Assembly: GCF_028368995.1 (NCBI RefSeq)
Contig: NZ_JAQNDL010000003.1
Location: forward strand, 2,592,001 to 2,656,000
Length of the DNA: 64,000 bases
Source: Nannocystis bainbridge
Lineage (GTDB): Bacteria > Myxococcota_A > Polyangia > Nannocystales > Nannocystaceae
Reading direction: 5' to 3'
Shown here: positions 1 to 10,060 of the stretch, piece by piece
Numbering within the stretch: position 1 is the first letter of the stretch
Layout of the letters: every line of letters starts with the position of its first letter
Program-made: the position numbers and the translations under genes
Notes under the pieces: generated by a model
What the model saw: only the letters and a program-made list of their open reading frames with translations
Databases searched by the model: none
Told to the model about the DNA's origin: nothing

Positions 1-1025
<1,025 letters not shown>

Positions 1026-1216
1026 CCGGCGAGTATGCCAACCCCGCGCCACCCGCAGAAGTCGAAGCGACCGACCGGGCTCCGTGCAGGCGCCCACAAC
1101 ATGTCTTTCGAGACATGTTTTTAGAGACATTTGTCCGACGACCGTCCGCACGGCCTCTCTGGCGCGTTCCCGCGGACCGCGCGCAAGCAGGCGACCCGTG
1201 TTACACTGGCGCGCAC

Positions 1217-2248
1217 ATGCGGGTCTGCATCCTCGGCGCCACCGGTCTCGTCGGCCGCGAGCTGCTCCACCTCATCCCGCGCGCCTGGCCGGGCGCGCAG
1301 CTCGCCCTCCACGCCAGCCGCGACCAGGAGCTCGACCTCGACGGTCGCCGCTTCGAGGTCAAGGCGGCGCACCACCTCGACGACGTCGACGCCACCGGCG
1401 GCCAGCTCGCGTTCGTCGCGCTCGACGACGAGCACAGCGCCCGCTACGTCCCGCGGCTCCTGGCCCTCGGTTACCGCGTCATCGACAAGAGCAACGCCTA
1501 CCGCGGCGACCCTGCCGTCCCGCTGGTGTCTGCGGGCGTCAACGACGGCCTCGTCGGCGAGGAGGTCCGCCTCGTCGCCAACCCCAACTGCACCACCATC
1601 CCGCTGACACTCGCGCTCGCCCCGTTGCGGCGCAGCTTCGGCGTCCGCGCGGTGGCCGTCTCCACGTACCAGGCGATCAGCGGGGCCGGCATCGCCGCGC
1701 TCGACCAGTTCTTGCTCGACGCCCAGGTCGGCTACGCCGCGCACAACCGCCTGGGCGCAGCCTTTTCGCCCTCGGGGTACGCCGGCAACACGGTCCCGCA
1801 CAACGGCAAGACCGACGACACCGGCTTCTCGGCCGAGGAGCGCAAGCTCATGACCGAGAGCAGCAAGATCCTCGCCTTCCCCGACCTGCCGATCTCCGCC
1901 CAGGCCTGCCGCGTCCCCGTCGCCGTCGGCCACTACGAGCAGGTCTGGCTGACCTGCGAGCAGCCCGTCACCCTCGACGCCGTGGCCGCCGCGTGGCAGA
2001 GCGGCGCCTTCCTCCGCATCGTCCCCACCGTCGACGGCGCTGGCCTGTCGGCGCTCGCCTGCGTGCACGAACGCGACCTCGCGCTGGTCGGCCGCGTCCG
2101 CCTCGTCCCGCACGATCCGACCACCGTCTGCTTCACCGTCGCCGCCGACAACCTGCGCCTCGGCGCCGCCACCAACGCGGTGCGGATCGCCGCGCGCTGG
2201 TTCCCCGCCGTCGACCCGACCTTGCAGGCCCCTGCCAACCTGCCCTGA
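1217..2248 (+). CDS. asd: Aspartate-semialdehyde dehydrogenase
   Basis: ILGATGLVG Rossmann motif, catalytic ANPNCTT, STYQAISGAG, RVPVAVGH and DNLRLGAATNAV. Confidence 0.92.
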   Translation: MRVCILGATGLVGRELLHLIPRAWPGAQLALHASRDQELDLDGRRFEVKAAHHLDDVDATGGQLAFVALDDEHSARYVPRLLALGYRVIDKSNAYRGDPAVPLVSAGVNDGLVGEEVRLVANPNCTTIPLTLALAPLRRSFGVRAVAVSTYQAISGAGIAALDQFLLDAQVGYAAHNRLGAAFSPSGYAGNTVPHNGKTDDTGFSAEERKLMTESSKILAFPDLPISAQACRVPVAVGHYEQVWLTCEQPVTLDAVAAAWQSGAFLRIVPTVDGAGLSALACVHERDLALVGRVRLVPHDPTTVCFTVAADNLRLGAATNAVRIAARWFPAVDPTLQAPANLP

Positions 2249-2255
2249 AAGCCAG

Positions 2256-3353
2256 ATGACGACACCACCACGCAAGTTGGCGATCGCGACCGGCGGCGGC
2301 GACTGCCCCGGCCTCAACGCGGTCATCCGCGCCGTCGTCCTGCGGGCCCACGCCGCCGGCCTCGAGGTCCTCGGCGTCGAGGACGGCCTCAACGGCCTGC
2401 TCGAAGGGACAGGTGCCACCGTGCGCGCCTTGACCCCGCTCGAGGTCACCCCGATCCTCGGCCGCGGCGGCACCATCCTCGGCACCACCAACCGCTGCAG
2501 CCCGTTCGCCTGGCGCGACCCTGACGGCACCACCCGCGACCGCGGCGACGAGCTGCTGGGGCGGGCCCGGGCGCTCGGCATCGACGTCCTGATCAACGTC
2601 GGCGGCGACGGCTCGCAGGCCCTCTCGCTCGAGCTGACGCGCCGCGGCATGACCGTCATCGGCGTGCCGAAGACCATCGACAACGACCTCGACGCCACCG
2701 TCGAGACCTTCGGCTTCGGCACTGCTGTCCAGGTCGTCACCGACGCGCTCGACCGCCTGCGCACCACCGCCGAGTCGCATGACCGCACCATGATCCTCGA
2801 GGTCATGGGTCGTCACGCCGGGTGGATCGCCCTCCACAGCGGCATCGCCGGCGGCGCCGACGTCATCCTCATCCCCGAGCTGCCTTACGCCCCGGCCCAC
2901 GTCGCCCGCGACCTCATGCGCACGCTCGGCGGCGGCCGTCACTTCGCCCTCGTCGTCGTCGCCGAGGGATGCACCTGCGTCGGCGGCGAGGTCACGCAGC
3001 GGCCGGTCTCCGGTGGCCTCGGCCCTTCGAAGATCCTCGGCGGCGCCGGTCAGCGCGTGGCCGAGGAGATCGCCGCCGTCGTGCCCGAGCTCGAGCTTCG
3101 CGTCACCGCGCTGGGTCACATCCAGCGCGGCGGCACGCCCACCGCCTACGATCGCCTGCTCGCCAGCCGGCTCGGCGTCGAGGCCGTCGAGGCCGCCCTG
3201 CGCGGCGAACGGAGCGTGCTCGTCTCGTCGCAGCCGCCCGACATCAAGACCGTCCCGCTCGAGCTCGCCGTCAAGAAGATGCGGGCCGTCGACCCGAGCG
3301 GCCAGCTCGTCGCCCACGCCCGCGGCCTTGGCATCAGTTTCGGCGACCTCTGA
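2256..3353 (+). CDS. pfkA: 6-phosphofructokinase (ATP-dependent type)
   Basis: TGGGDCPGLNAVIRAVV, GGDGS, PKTIDNDL, EVMGRHAGWIA and LGHIQRGG. Confidence 0.93.
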   Translation: MTTPPRKLAIATGGGDCPGLNAVIRAVVLRAHAAGLEVLGVEDGLNGLLEGTGATVRALTPLEVTPILGRGGTILGTTNRCSPFAWRDPDGTTRDRGDELLGRARALGIDVLINVGGDGSQALSLELTRRGMTVIGVPKTIDNDLDATVETFGFGTAVQVVTDALDRLRTTAESHDRTMILEVMGRHAGWIALHSGIAGGADVILIPELPYAPAHVARDLMRTLGGGRHFALVVVAEGCTCVGGEVTQRPVSGGLGPSKILGGAGQRVAEEIAAVVPELELRVTALGHIQRGGTPTAYDRLLASRLGVEAVEAALRGERSVLVSSQPPDIKTVPLELAVKKMRAVDPSGQLVAHARGLGISFGDL

Positions 3354-3420
3354 TCGCTTGCGCGGCGATGCGCGATCTTGGTTGCGGCCCGACGCAACCC
3401 GCGCCATCCTCCCGCCTCCC

Positions 3421-3756
3421 ATGGACGGAATCAGTCAGGCGATCCTCGAGCACGCGGACGGTGCCGGCACCCGCGGCGTGGCCATGGGGCAGCTTGTCGA
3501 CGCGCTGGTCGGCCGCGGTTACACGCCCGAGGCCGTCGAGCAGGCGATCTGGTCGCTGCTCGGCGCCCGTCGCCTGACCCCGAGCGGCTTCCTCTGCCGT
3601 CAGCTGCGCCGCCGCGACACCTTCGGCGAGATGGTGCAGACCCGCTGCTACGAGCTCCTGCTGGCCCCCTGGTCGAGCGAGCTCGATCACCAGCTCGACC
3701 TCGACCTCGCCGCCGAAGCCGAGGTCGAGGCCGAGCGAGACGACCCCGCGCCATGA
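3421..3756 (+). CDS. Small hypothetical protein (possibly winged-helix-like)
   Basis: ATG at 3421, GC3-biased codons, and an ATGA overlap with the next gene. Confidence 0.6.
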   Translation: MDGISQAILEHADGAGTRGVAMGQLVDALVGRGYTPEAVEQAIWSLLGARRLTPSGFLCRQLRRRDTFGEMVQTRCYELLLAPWSSELDHQLDLDLAAEAEVEAERDDPAP

Positions 3757-4871
3757 CCCTCGGGGCCTGCGAGCGCTTCGTCGCCGACCCCGGCCAGCGC
3801 GTCGCCGAAGCTGTCCTCGAGGACATGCGCCGCGCCGGCCTCGCGACCTGGGCCGTCACCTGGTCCGAGCGTCACCGCGTCGCCGCGCGCCCTGGCGACC
3901 CCGGCCTCTACCTCGCCCTCGCGCCGATGGACGGCATCACCGACGCCGTCTATCGCCGCCTCTTGACCGACCAGTTCGGCGGGCGCAGCGGCATCAGCCT
4001 GTGCGTCTCCGAGTTCGTGCGGGTCACGCGAGACCCGGTGCCCGCCGCCGTGCTCTTGCGCGACGTCCCCGAGCTCGCCCACGGCGGCCACACCCGCGCC
4101 GGCGTCCCGGTGTACGTGCAACTGCTGGGCGGCGACCCCGAGCCGCTGGCCGAGACGGCTCGCCGCGCCGCCGAGCTCGGCGCTCCCGGCATCGACCTCA
4201 ACTTCGGCTGCCCGGCCAAGACCGTCAACAACCACGACGGCGGCGCCAGCTTGCTGCGCGCCCCGCAGCGGATCCACTCCATCGTCGCCCGCGTCCGCGA
4301 CCTCGTCCCCGCGCACATCCCCGTCACAGCCAAGGTCCGCGTCGGCTGGGACTCGAGCGACGGCCTCGAAGAGATCGCCGTCGCCGCGGCCAGCGGGGGC
4401 GCCGCCTGGCTCACCGTGCACGCCCGCACCCGCGCCCAGCTCTACCAGCCGCCTGTGCGCTGGCCCGACCTCGCCCGCGCCCGCGCGGCCGTCGCGATCC
4501 CCGTGGTCGCCAACGGCGACCTGCGGGCCCCGGGCGACCTGTCCCATTGTGCAGCCCAGAGCTGCTGCCACGCCTTCATGATCGGTCGGGCGGCGATGGC
4601 TCGCCCTGACCTGTTCGCCGTCATCCGCGGCGCGCGCCAGGACCGACCGCTGCCGCTCGCCGAGCTGGCCGGCATCGTCCGCGACTACCACGCCGCCATG
4701 CGCGACGACGGGCTGGAGCCGGGCCGCGCTGTCGCACGGGTCAAGCAGTGGCTGCGGCTCGCTGCCCAGCTCGACCCGCGCGTCGAGCCGCACTTCGCCG
4801 CCACCAAGACCGCCGTCGCCTGGCCGCCGATCGACGCCCACCTCGCCGGCATCGTCGACGACGATTCGTAA
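3753..4871 (+). CDS. dusC: tRNA-dihydrouridine synthase, DusC-like
   Basis: LAPMDGITD, QLLGGDP, IDLNFGCPAKTV, TVHART, VANGD and MIGR motifs. Confidence 0.85.
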   Translation: MTLGACERFVADPGQRVAEAVLEDMRRAGLATWAVTWSERHRVAARPGDPGLYLALAPMDGITDAVYRRLLTDQFGGRSGISLCVSEFVRVTRDPVPAAVLLRDVPELAHGGHTRAGVPVYVQLLGGDPEPLAETARRAAELGAPGIDLNFGCPAKTVNNHDGGASLLRAPQRIHSIVARVRDLVPAHIPVTAKVRVGWDSSDGLEEIAVAAASGGAAWLTVHARTRAQLYQPPVRWPDLARARAAVAIPVVANGDLRAPGDLSHCAAQSCCHAFMIGRAAMARPDLFAVIRGARQDRPLPLAELAGIVRDYHAAMRDDGLEPGRAVARVKQWLRLAAQLDPRVEPHFAATKTAVAWPPIDAHLAGIVDDDS

Positions 4872-4883
4872 GATCGTCCGCGC

Positions 4884-4931
4884 AAAAAACCCCGCACAGG
4901 CTGATTGTCGAGTTCTGCCTGCGCGGGGGTG
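4884..4931 (-). terminator. Intrinsic terminator candidate for the small membrane-protein gene
   Basis: Stem CCCCGCACAGGC/GCCTGCGCGGGG next to an A6 run, which is U6 on the minus strand. Confidence 0.55.
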
Positions 4932-4967
4932 CTGCGTCTGCTTGATTTTGTATGGAAGCCAGCGGCG

Positions 4968-5156
4968 TCACCAGCCGCGCACGAACCCGAGGCCCAGCGA
5001 CACGAGGGCCGCGAACAGGAACACCAGGAACAGCGCGCGCGCCATCCCGGTCGCCGTGGTCGCCGCGACCTTCGGGGCCGTGCTCACATAGCCCGAGAAC
5101 CCCAGCGCTCCGGCCAGGAGCGCGAGCGTCAAGAAGCTGACCGTCCAAATGAGCAT
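4968..5156 (-). CDS. Small membrane protein, DUF1328 (UPF0391/YtjA-like)
   Basis: MLIWTVSFLTLALLAGALGFSG...ARALFLVFL matches the family pattern. Confidence 0.8.
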   Translation of the reverse strand: MLIWTVSFLTLALLAGALGFSGYVSTAPKVAATTATGMARALFLVFLFAALVSLGLGFVRGW

Positions 5157-5417
5157 CGCTCGCCTCGCATCTGCGCAAGTTTCATGAAACGGCCCGCCGG
5201 ACCTGTCAAGCGCGCTACCGACCTCGAGCAACCCACGTCGCACCTGGCGCGCCCCGCGAAACCCCTGACACGATCTTGATGCCTCGCGGCACCACGCCCG
5301 CCTCGCGACCTGGCTTCAAGCGCACGCGATCGAAACGCGCCGAGCGTCGCGCACCGCCGATCGATGCACCGCCATCGATCGCGGCCGCTGTCCGAATGGA
5401 AGACGCGGTCTCGAGCT

Positions 5418-6689
5418 TCACCCGCCCGATGCGCAGTCGCCTCGCAGCACCAGGTCCTCGCCGCTCGCCTCGAGCTTCGTCCCCTGCGCCTCGCTCAGCG
5501 TCGACATCCGCGCCCGGACCGTCTTGCCCATGCCCTTCGTCGCCGGCACCGGGTGCTTGCTCGGCGTCCGCTTGATGTACGCCGGATGGAACGTCAGCGT
5601 CTCGAGGCACGAATTCCCGCTGAAGCGCGCCCGCAGCACCCCCGTCAGGCGCGGGACCTCGTGCGTGTTCTCGAACAAGAAGTTGCCCAGCGAGTACGCG
5701 ATCGCCTTTTTTCCGTATTGCTCGATCGCCTGCAGCACGTGCGGATGGTGCCCCACCACCAGGTCCGCCCCGCGGTCGAGCAGCGCCCGCGCCTGCCGCT
5801 GCTGATGGGCCCCCGGCGCATCCGCGTACTCCTCGCCCCAGTGCACGAACACGATGATCAAATCGTGGGACGCCCGCGCCGCGTCGATCACAGGACCCAG
5901 CGTCGCTTCAAAGTCATTCGTCGACAGGAACGGCAGCTCCGGCGTATCCGGGAACTGCGGCGCGTTGCGGCGTGAAGTCACCGCCAGCAGCCCGATCTTC
6001 CACCCGCGGCGCTCGAACGCCTCGACGCGGAAGATCGGCGGCTCGCTGCGCGACGCCCCCAGCGGCACGATGCCCAGCTCCTCGAGGATCTTGGGCGATT
6101 GCAGCAGCCCGTCCGTCCGTTGATCGAACGAGTGATTGTTGGCCAGGCTGAGCGCCGCGAACCCGCCGTCGACCAGGTGCTGCGCCATCGCCTTCGACGC
6201 CCCGAACGCGAACCTGGCCCCGATCGGGCTCTTCACCGGCAGCTCGTACACCAGCGGCGTCTCGAGGTTGCCGACCAGCAGGTCGCTCTTCATCGTCTCA
6301 AAAATGTCATCGAACGGCCGCTCACCCTCACCGACGATCGGGTCGAACGCCGACGCGCGGTAGCGGCCGAAGATGATGTCACCGACGAACGTGATCTCGA
6401 GCGGCTCGCGCGTCACCGCCGGCTCGACCTTCGCCGGCTCGGCCTCTTCCGCACTTCTGTCCTCCGGGACAGGTTCTTCGAACCGCCGCCCCGCCGCTTC
6501 GTTGCTGTCCTCCGGGACAGGCGCGGGCGCCACCGCCGGCGCCGTCGGCTGGGCCACCGTCGCGCTCTCGCGCCCTGCCCCCGAGCACCCCGGCAGTCCC
6601 GGGACGGAGACCAGAGCAGCGAGAGCGGCGATCCGAACCAGTCCTGGCAAGGCGCGCGGGAGATACGCCCAAACCCTCGCCGCGCGCAA
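5418..6689 (-). CDS. CapA/PgsA-family metallophosphatase-fold lipoprotein
   Basis: VGDIIFGR, GNLETPL, LSLANNHSFD, VHWGEEY, GHHPHVLQ and YSLGNFLF. Start is uncertain. Confidence 0.88.
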   Translation of the reverse strand: MRAARVWAYLPRALPGLVRIAALAALVSVPGLPGCSGAGRESATVAQPTAPAVAPAPVPEDSNEAAGRRFEEPVPEDRSAEEAEPAKVEPAVTREPLEITFVGDIIFGRYRASAFDPIVGEGERPFDDIFETMKSDLLVGNLETPLVYELPVKSPIGARFAFGASKAMAQHLVDGGFAALSLANNHSFDQRTDGLLQSPKILEELGIVPLGASRSEPPIFRVEAFERRGWKIGLLAVTSRRNAPQFPDTPELPFLSTNDFEATLGPVIDAARASHDLIIVFVHWGEEYADAPGAHQQRQARALLDRGADLVVGHHPHVLQAIEQYGKKAIAYSLGNFLFENTHEVPRLTGVLRARFSGNSCLETLTFHPAYIKRTPSKHPVPATKGMGKTVRARMSTLSEAQGTKLEASGEDLVLRGDCASGG

Positions 6690-6793
6690 GAGTTCGGCGC
6701 TTGCGCCGTCCTCGTGCGCGTCGCCGTGGCCCGTCCCCTGGGTCCATGCGCGCGAACTCCCCGCGCCTCGCCTCGTTCGCTACACTGCGTCCC

Positions 6794-7684
6794 GTGCCCC
6801 TCGACGCCACCCGACGCCGCGCCGCCGTCCTGCTCGGCCTCGTCGGCCTCGTCGCCGCCGTCGAGTGGATCGCCGCCGCTCGCGCTTATCGCTCGATCCT
6901 CGGCCCCGCCGACTGGGACGCTGCCGCTGCCGCTCTCGCTGCCCTCCCGCCCGACGAGCCCGTCCTGCTCGCCGACGACTGGCTCGGCCCCACCGCCCGC
7001 CGCCACCTCCTCCCGCTCCAGCGCTCTCTCGGCCGCCCCGACCTCCACGGCGCCCCCCGCTTCCACGTCCTCGCCCTCGGCGAAGCGCTGCCGGCCGACC
7101 TGCGCGCCGACCTCGGCGACCTCGCCCCCGAGCCGCTCGGCGTCGACCCGCTCGGTCCGCTTACCCTCCATCACTTCGCCACGCCTTCGGGACATGTCCT
7201 GTGGGACATCCTCGATCAGCCCGCCCTGCTCGCCGCCGACCGCGCCGGCCCCTGCCGCAAGGCTCAGCGGACCTGGGTCTGCAAGCACGGCCGCGCCACC
7301 GTCCGCCACGCCGAGATCGCCTACCGCCCACGCCGCTGCCTCGCCATCGACATGAGCGACGGCGCCGCCCTCGAACTGCGCGGCCGCGTCGACCTCGGCG
7401 CGCGCCTGCGCGGCCACCTCGGCTTCACCGACTTCAACGGCCGCCTCCGCAACGACGCCCCCGCCATCGTCGAGCTCGAGCTCGACGGCGTCCCGAAGGC
7501 CCGCTGGCTCGTCAGCGACAACCAGGGCTGGGCCGCCTTCGAGCTCGCCACCACCCCCGGCCCCGCCGAGCTCACCATCCGCGTCACCAACCTGCTCGCC
7601 GGCACCTTTAATCCGGGCGGCTACGACCCCGAAACGCGCCGGATCCCCTGCCTCGACCTGCGCGCCATCACGGAGCCCACGTGA
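6794..7684 (+). CDS. Hypothetical membrane-anchored protein
   Basis: Long ORF with GC3 bias and an N-terminal hydrophobic helix. Start is uncertain. Confidence 0.65.
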   Translation: MPLDATRRRAAVLLGLVGLVAAVEWIAAARAYRSILGPADWDAAAAALAALPPDEPVLLADDWLGPTARRHLLPLQRSLGRPDLHGAPRFHVLALGEALPADLRADLGDLAPEPLGVDPLGPLTLHHFATPSGHVLWDILDQPALLAADRAGPCRKAQRTWVCKHGRATVRHAEIAYRPRRCLAIDMSDGAALELRGRVDLGARLRGHLGFTDFNGRLRNDAPAIVELELDGVPKARWLVSDNQGWAAFELATTPGPAELTIRVTNLLAGTFNPGGYDPETRRIPCLDLRAITEPT

Positions 7685-7836
7685 CGCCCAGAACGCACCC
7701 GCGCCGCACGCACGCTCAGGAGCTCCCGTGGCGCCCCGAACGCACCCGTCGCAGCCGCACGCGCGCCCAGGAGCCCACGTGACGCCCGAAAACCACTCGC
7801 GCCGCCGCACGCACGCTCAGGAGCTCCCGTGACGCC
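7671..7836. repeat. Three degenerate ~49-bp tandem repeats at a gene junction
   Basis: Unit resembles GTGACGCCC(A/G)GAACGCACCCG..GCCGCACGCACGCTCAGGAGCTCCC. Confidence 0.8.
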
Positions 7837-9817
7837 GCGCGCCACTCGACGCCTCACGATCGCCGCCGCCCTCGCGCTCGGCCTCGCCGTCGTCCTCCTG
7901 CTCGCCCGCGGCCACCGCGATGTCGGCTACGTCCGTGACGAGGGCATCTACTTCCACGCCAGCCGCGCCTACGCCGACTGGGCCGTGCGCGGCCTGCAGT
8001 CGCCCTCCGTCCTGTTCGACCGCCCCGCCCGCGACCGCGCTTTTGCCGTCAACCACGAGCACCCGGCCCTGATGAAGCTCGCCGGCGGCCTGTCCGCCCG
8101 CCTGTTCTCCGCGCCAGGTCCTGGCGGCCAGCCCCCCGAGACCCGCGCCCAGCCCGGCCTCGCGCCGATCATGCCCGAAGGCGCCGCCATGCGCCTGCCC
8201 GCCCAGCTCCTCGCCGGCCTCGGCGTCGTCCTCCTGTTCCTCGCCGGCGCCGGCCTCACCCGCAAACGGCCTGTCCTCGGGGACAGCCCGCTATCCGCCC
8301 CTCCCGCATCGCCCCGCCCCGCGACGCCCGTCACTGACCTGTCCCCCGGGACATCCTCGCCCCGCGAACCCAACCTGTCCCCCGAGACATCCTCGCCTCG
8401 CGCGACCGACCTGTCCCCCGAGACATCCTCAACGCTCGGCTCAAGCAGGGTGTTCGCGACCGGCACAGCTCCCGCCGCCGACCCGTCCCCCGGGACATCC
8501 TCGCCCCGCGAGCCCAACCTGTCCCCCGGGACATCCTCGCCCTCCGACCTGTCCCCCGAGACATCCGCCCTCTCCCCGCTGATCCCCGCCGTCCTCGCCG
8601 CCCTGTGGTTCATCGGCTTGCCGCACGTGTGGTTCCACGCCGGCCTCCACTGCTTCGACGTCCCCGTCGCCGTCCTCACTCTCGCCGTCGTCCTCTGCTA
8701 TCGCCGCGCCCTCGCCTCCTGGCGCTGGTCCCTCTTGCTCGGCCCGCTCCTCGGCGTTGCCATCTCCGTCAAGCACAACGCCCTCTTCATCCCCGTCCTG
8801 CTCGGCGTCCACTACCTCGCCTGCCTCGCCCTCGCCCGCCGTCGCCCCAGCCGCGGCCAACTGCTCCCGCTGCCTTTCCTCAGCATGGCTCTGCTCGCCC
8901 CGCCGACCGTGCTCGCCCTGTGGCCGTGGTTATGGAGCGACCCGCTCGCGCGCCTCGGCGAATATCTCGAGTTTCACCGCCTCCACGCCTATTACAACAC
9001 CGAATATTTCTCCATCAATTACAACCAGCCGCCGCTGCCGTGGAGCTACCCGTTCGTCCTCACCTGGGCCACCGTACCCACCGCCCTGCTCCTGCTGGCC
9101 GCGATCGGCCTCGTGCTCGCTGTCCGCAGCGACCTGTCCTCCAGGCCATCCGCCGATCTCTGTCCCGCCCGCTTCACCGCCCCTCTGCGCGGCCACCCCG
9201 CCCGCGACGGCCTATTGTGGGCCCTGTTCGGCCTGTTCCCGCTGCTCCTCATCAGCCTGCCGACCATCCCGATCTTCGGCGGCACCAAGCACTGGATCAC
9301 CGCCTACCCCTTCCTCGCCCTCGCCGCCGCCTTCGCCTACGTCACCCTGTGGCGCAGCCTCGCCCTCACCGGCCGCGCCCGCCACCTGCCCGCCGCCCTG
9401 CTGCCGCTGCTGCTCGTGCCCGCGCTGTGGAGCACGCTCCACGGCCACCCCTACAACCTCTCGCAGTACGCCCCGCTGGCCGGCGGCGCCCGCGGGGCCG
9501 CCGACCTCGGCCTCATGCGCGGCTTCTGGGGCAGCGCCGTCCTCCCGCTGCTGGATGACCTGTCCGAACGACCAGGTCCGCTCCACCTCCACGACCTCCA
9601 CGAGCTGGCCCGCCTGCAGTACGAACGCGAGGGCCGCTGGCCCCCCGGCACCACCTCCGCCCCGCTGACGCGCGCCCGCGCCGCCCTGCTGTTCCACGAG
9701 CGCCACATGCTCTCCAACGAGGTCGACGCCTGGAACCATTTTCAAAACTCGGCCCCGCTCGACGTCATCACCCTCGACGACGTGCCGCTGACCAGCCTCT
9801 ACGCCGGCAGCAAGTGA
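7829..9817 (+). CDS. GT-C fold (GT39/ArnT/PMT-like) membrane glycosyltransferase
   Basis: N-terminal TM followed by RDEGIYF and HEHPALMK, then many TM helices. Contains an internal low-complexity insert. Confidence 0.75.
   Translation: MTPRATRRLTIAAALALGLAVVLLLARGHRDVGYVRDEGIYFHASRAYADWAVRGLQSPSVLFDRPARDRAFAVNHEHPALMKLAGGLSARLFSAPGPGGQPPETRAQPGLAPIMPEGAAMRLPAQLLAGLGVVLLFLAGAGLTRKRPVLGDSPLSAPPASPRPATPVTDLSPGTSSPREPNLSPETSSPRATDLSPETSSTLGSSRVFATGTAPAADPSPGTSSPREPNLSPGTSSPSDLSPETSALSPLIPAVLAALWFIGLPHVWFHAGLHCFDVPVAVLTLAVVLCYRRALASWRWSLLLGPLLGVAISVKHNALFIPVLLGVHYLACLALARRRPSRGQLLPLPFLSMALLAPPTVLALWPWLWSDPLARLGEYLEFHRLHAYYNTEYFSINYNQPPLPWSYPFVLTWATVPTALLLLAAIGLVLAVRSDLSSRPSADLCPARFTAPLRGHPARDGLLWALFGLFPLLLISLPTIPIFGGTKHWITAYPFLALAAAFAYVTLWRSLALTGRARHLPAALLPLLLVPALWSTLHGHPYNLSQYAPLAGGARGAADLGLMRGFWGSAVLPLLDDLSERPGPLHLHDLHELARLQYEREGRWPPGTTSAPLTRARAALLFHERHMLSNEVDAWNHFQNSAPLDVITLDDVPLTSLYAGSK
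8272..8570. repeat. In-frame array of TGTC-N6-GACA palindromes (mostly 36-bp period)
   Basis: Perfect copies at 8272, 8340, 8376, 8412, 8520 and 8550, plus a near copy at about 8484. Encodes DLSPGTSSPR-like peptides. Confidence 0.9.
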
Positions 9818-9829
9818 ACCGCCGCCTTT

Positions 9830-10060
9830 ACTCGCTCCACCCCGCTCACTGTCACTCGCGCTGCACCCCGCTCCACGCCGGCAGCGAGTGAGCCGTCGCC
9901 TCTGCTCGCTCCGCCCCATTACTCGCGCTGCTCTCCGCTCCATGCAACGAGTGAGCCGTCGCCTCTGCTCGCTCCGCCCCATTACTAGCGCTGCACCTCA
10001 GTCCACGTGGCAGCAAGTGAGCCACCGCTACTCGCTCCGCCGCACGTACTCGCGCTGCAA
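9830..10060. repeat. ~63-66-bp tandem repeats between convergent genes
   Basis: GTGAGCCGTCGCCTCTGCTCGCTCCGCCCCATTACT occurs twice exactly. A third copy overlaps the 3' end of the 10028 gene. Confidence 0.8.
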
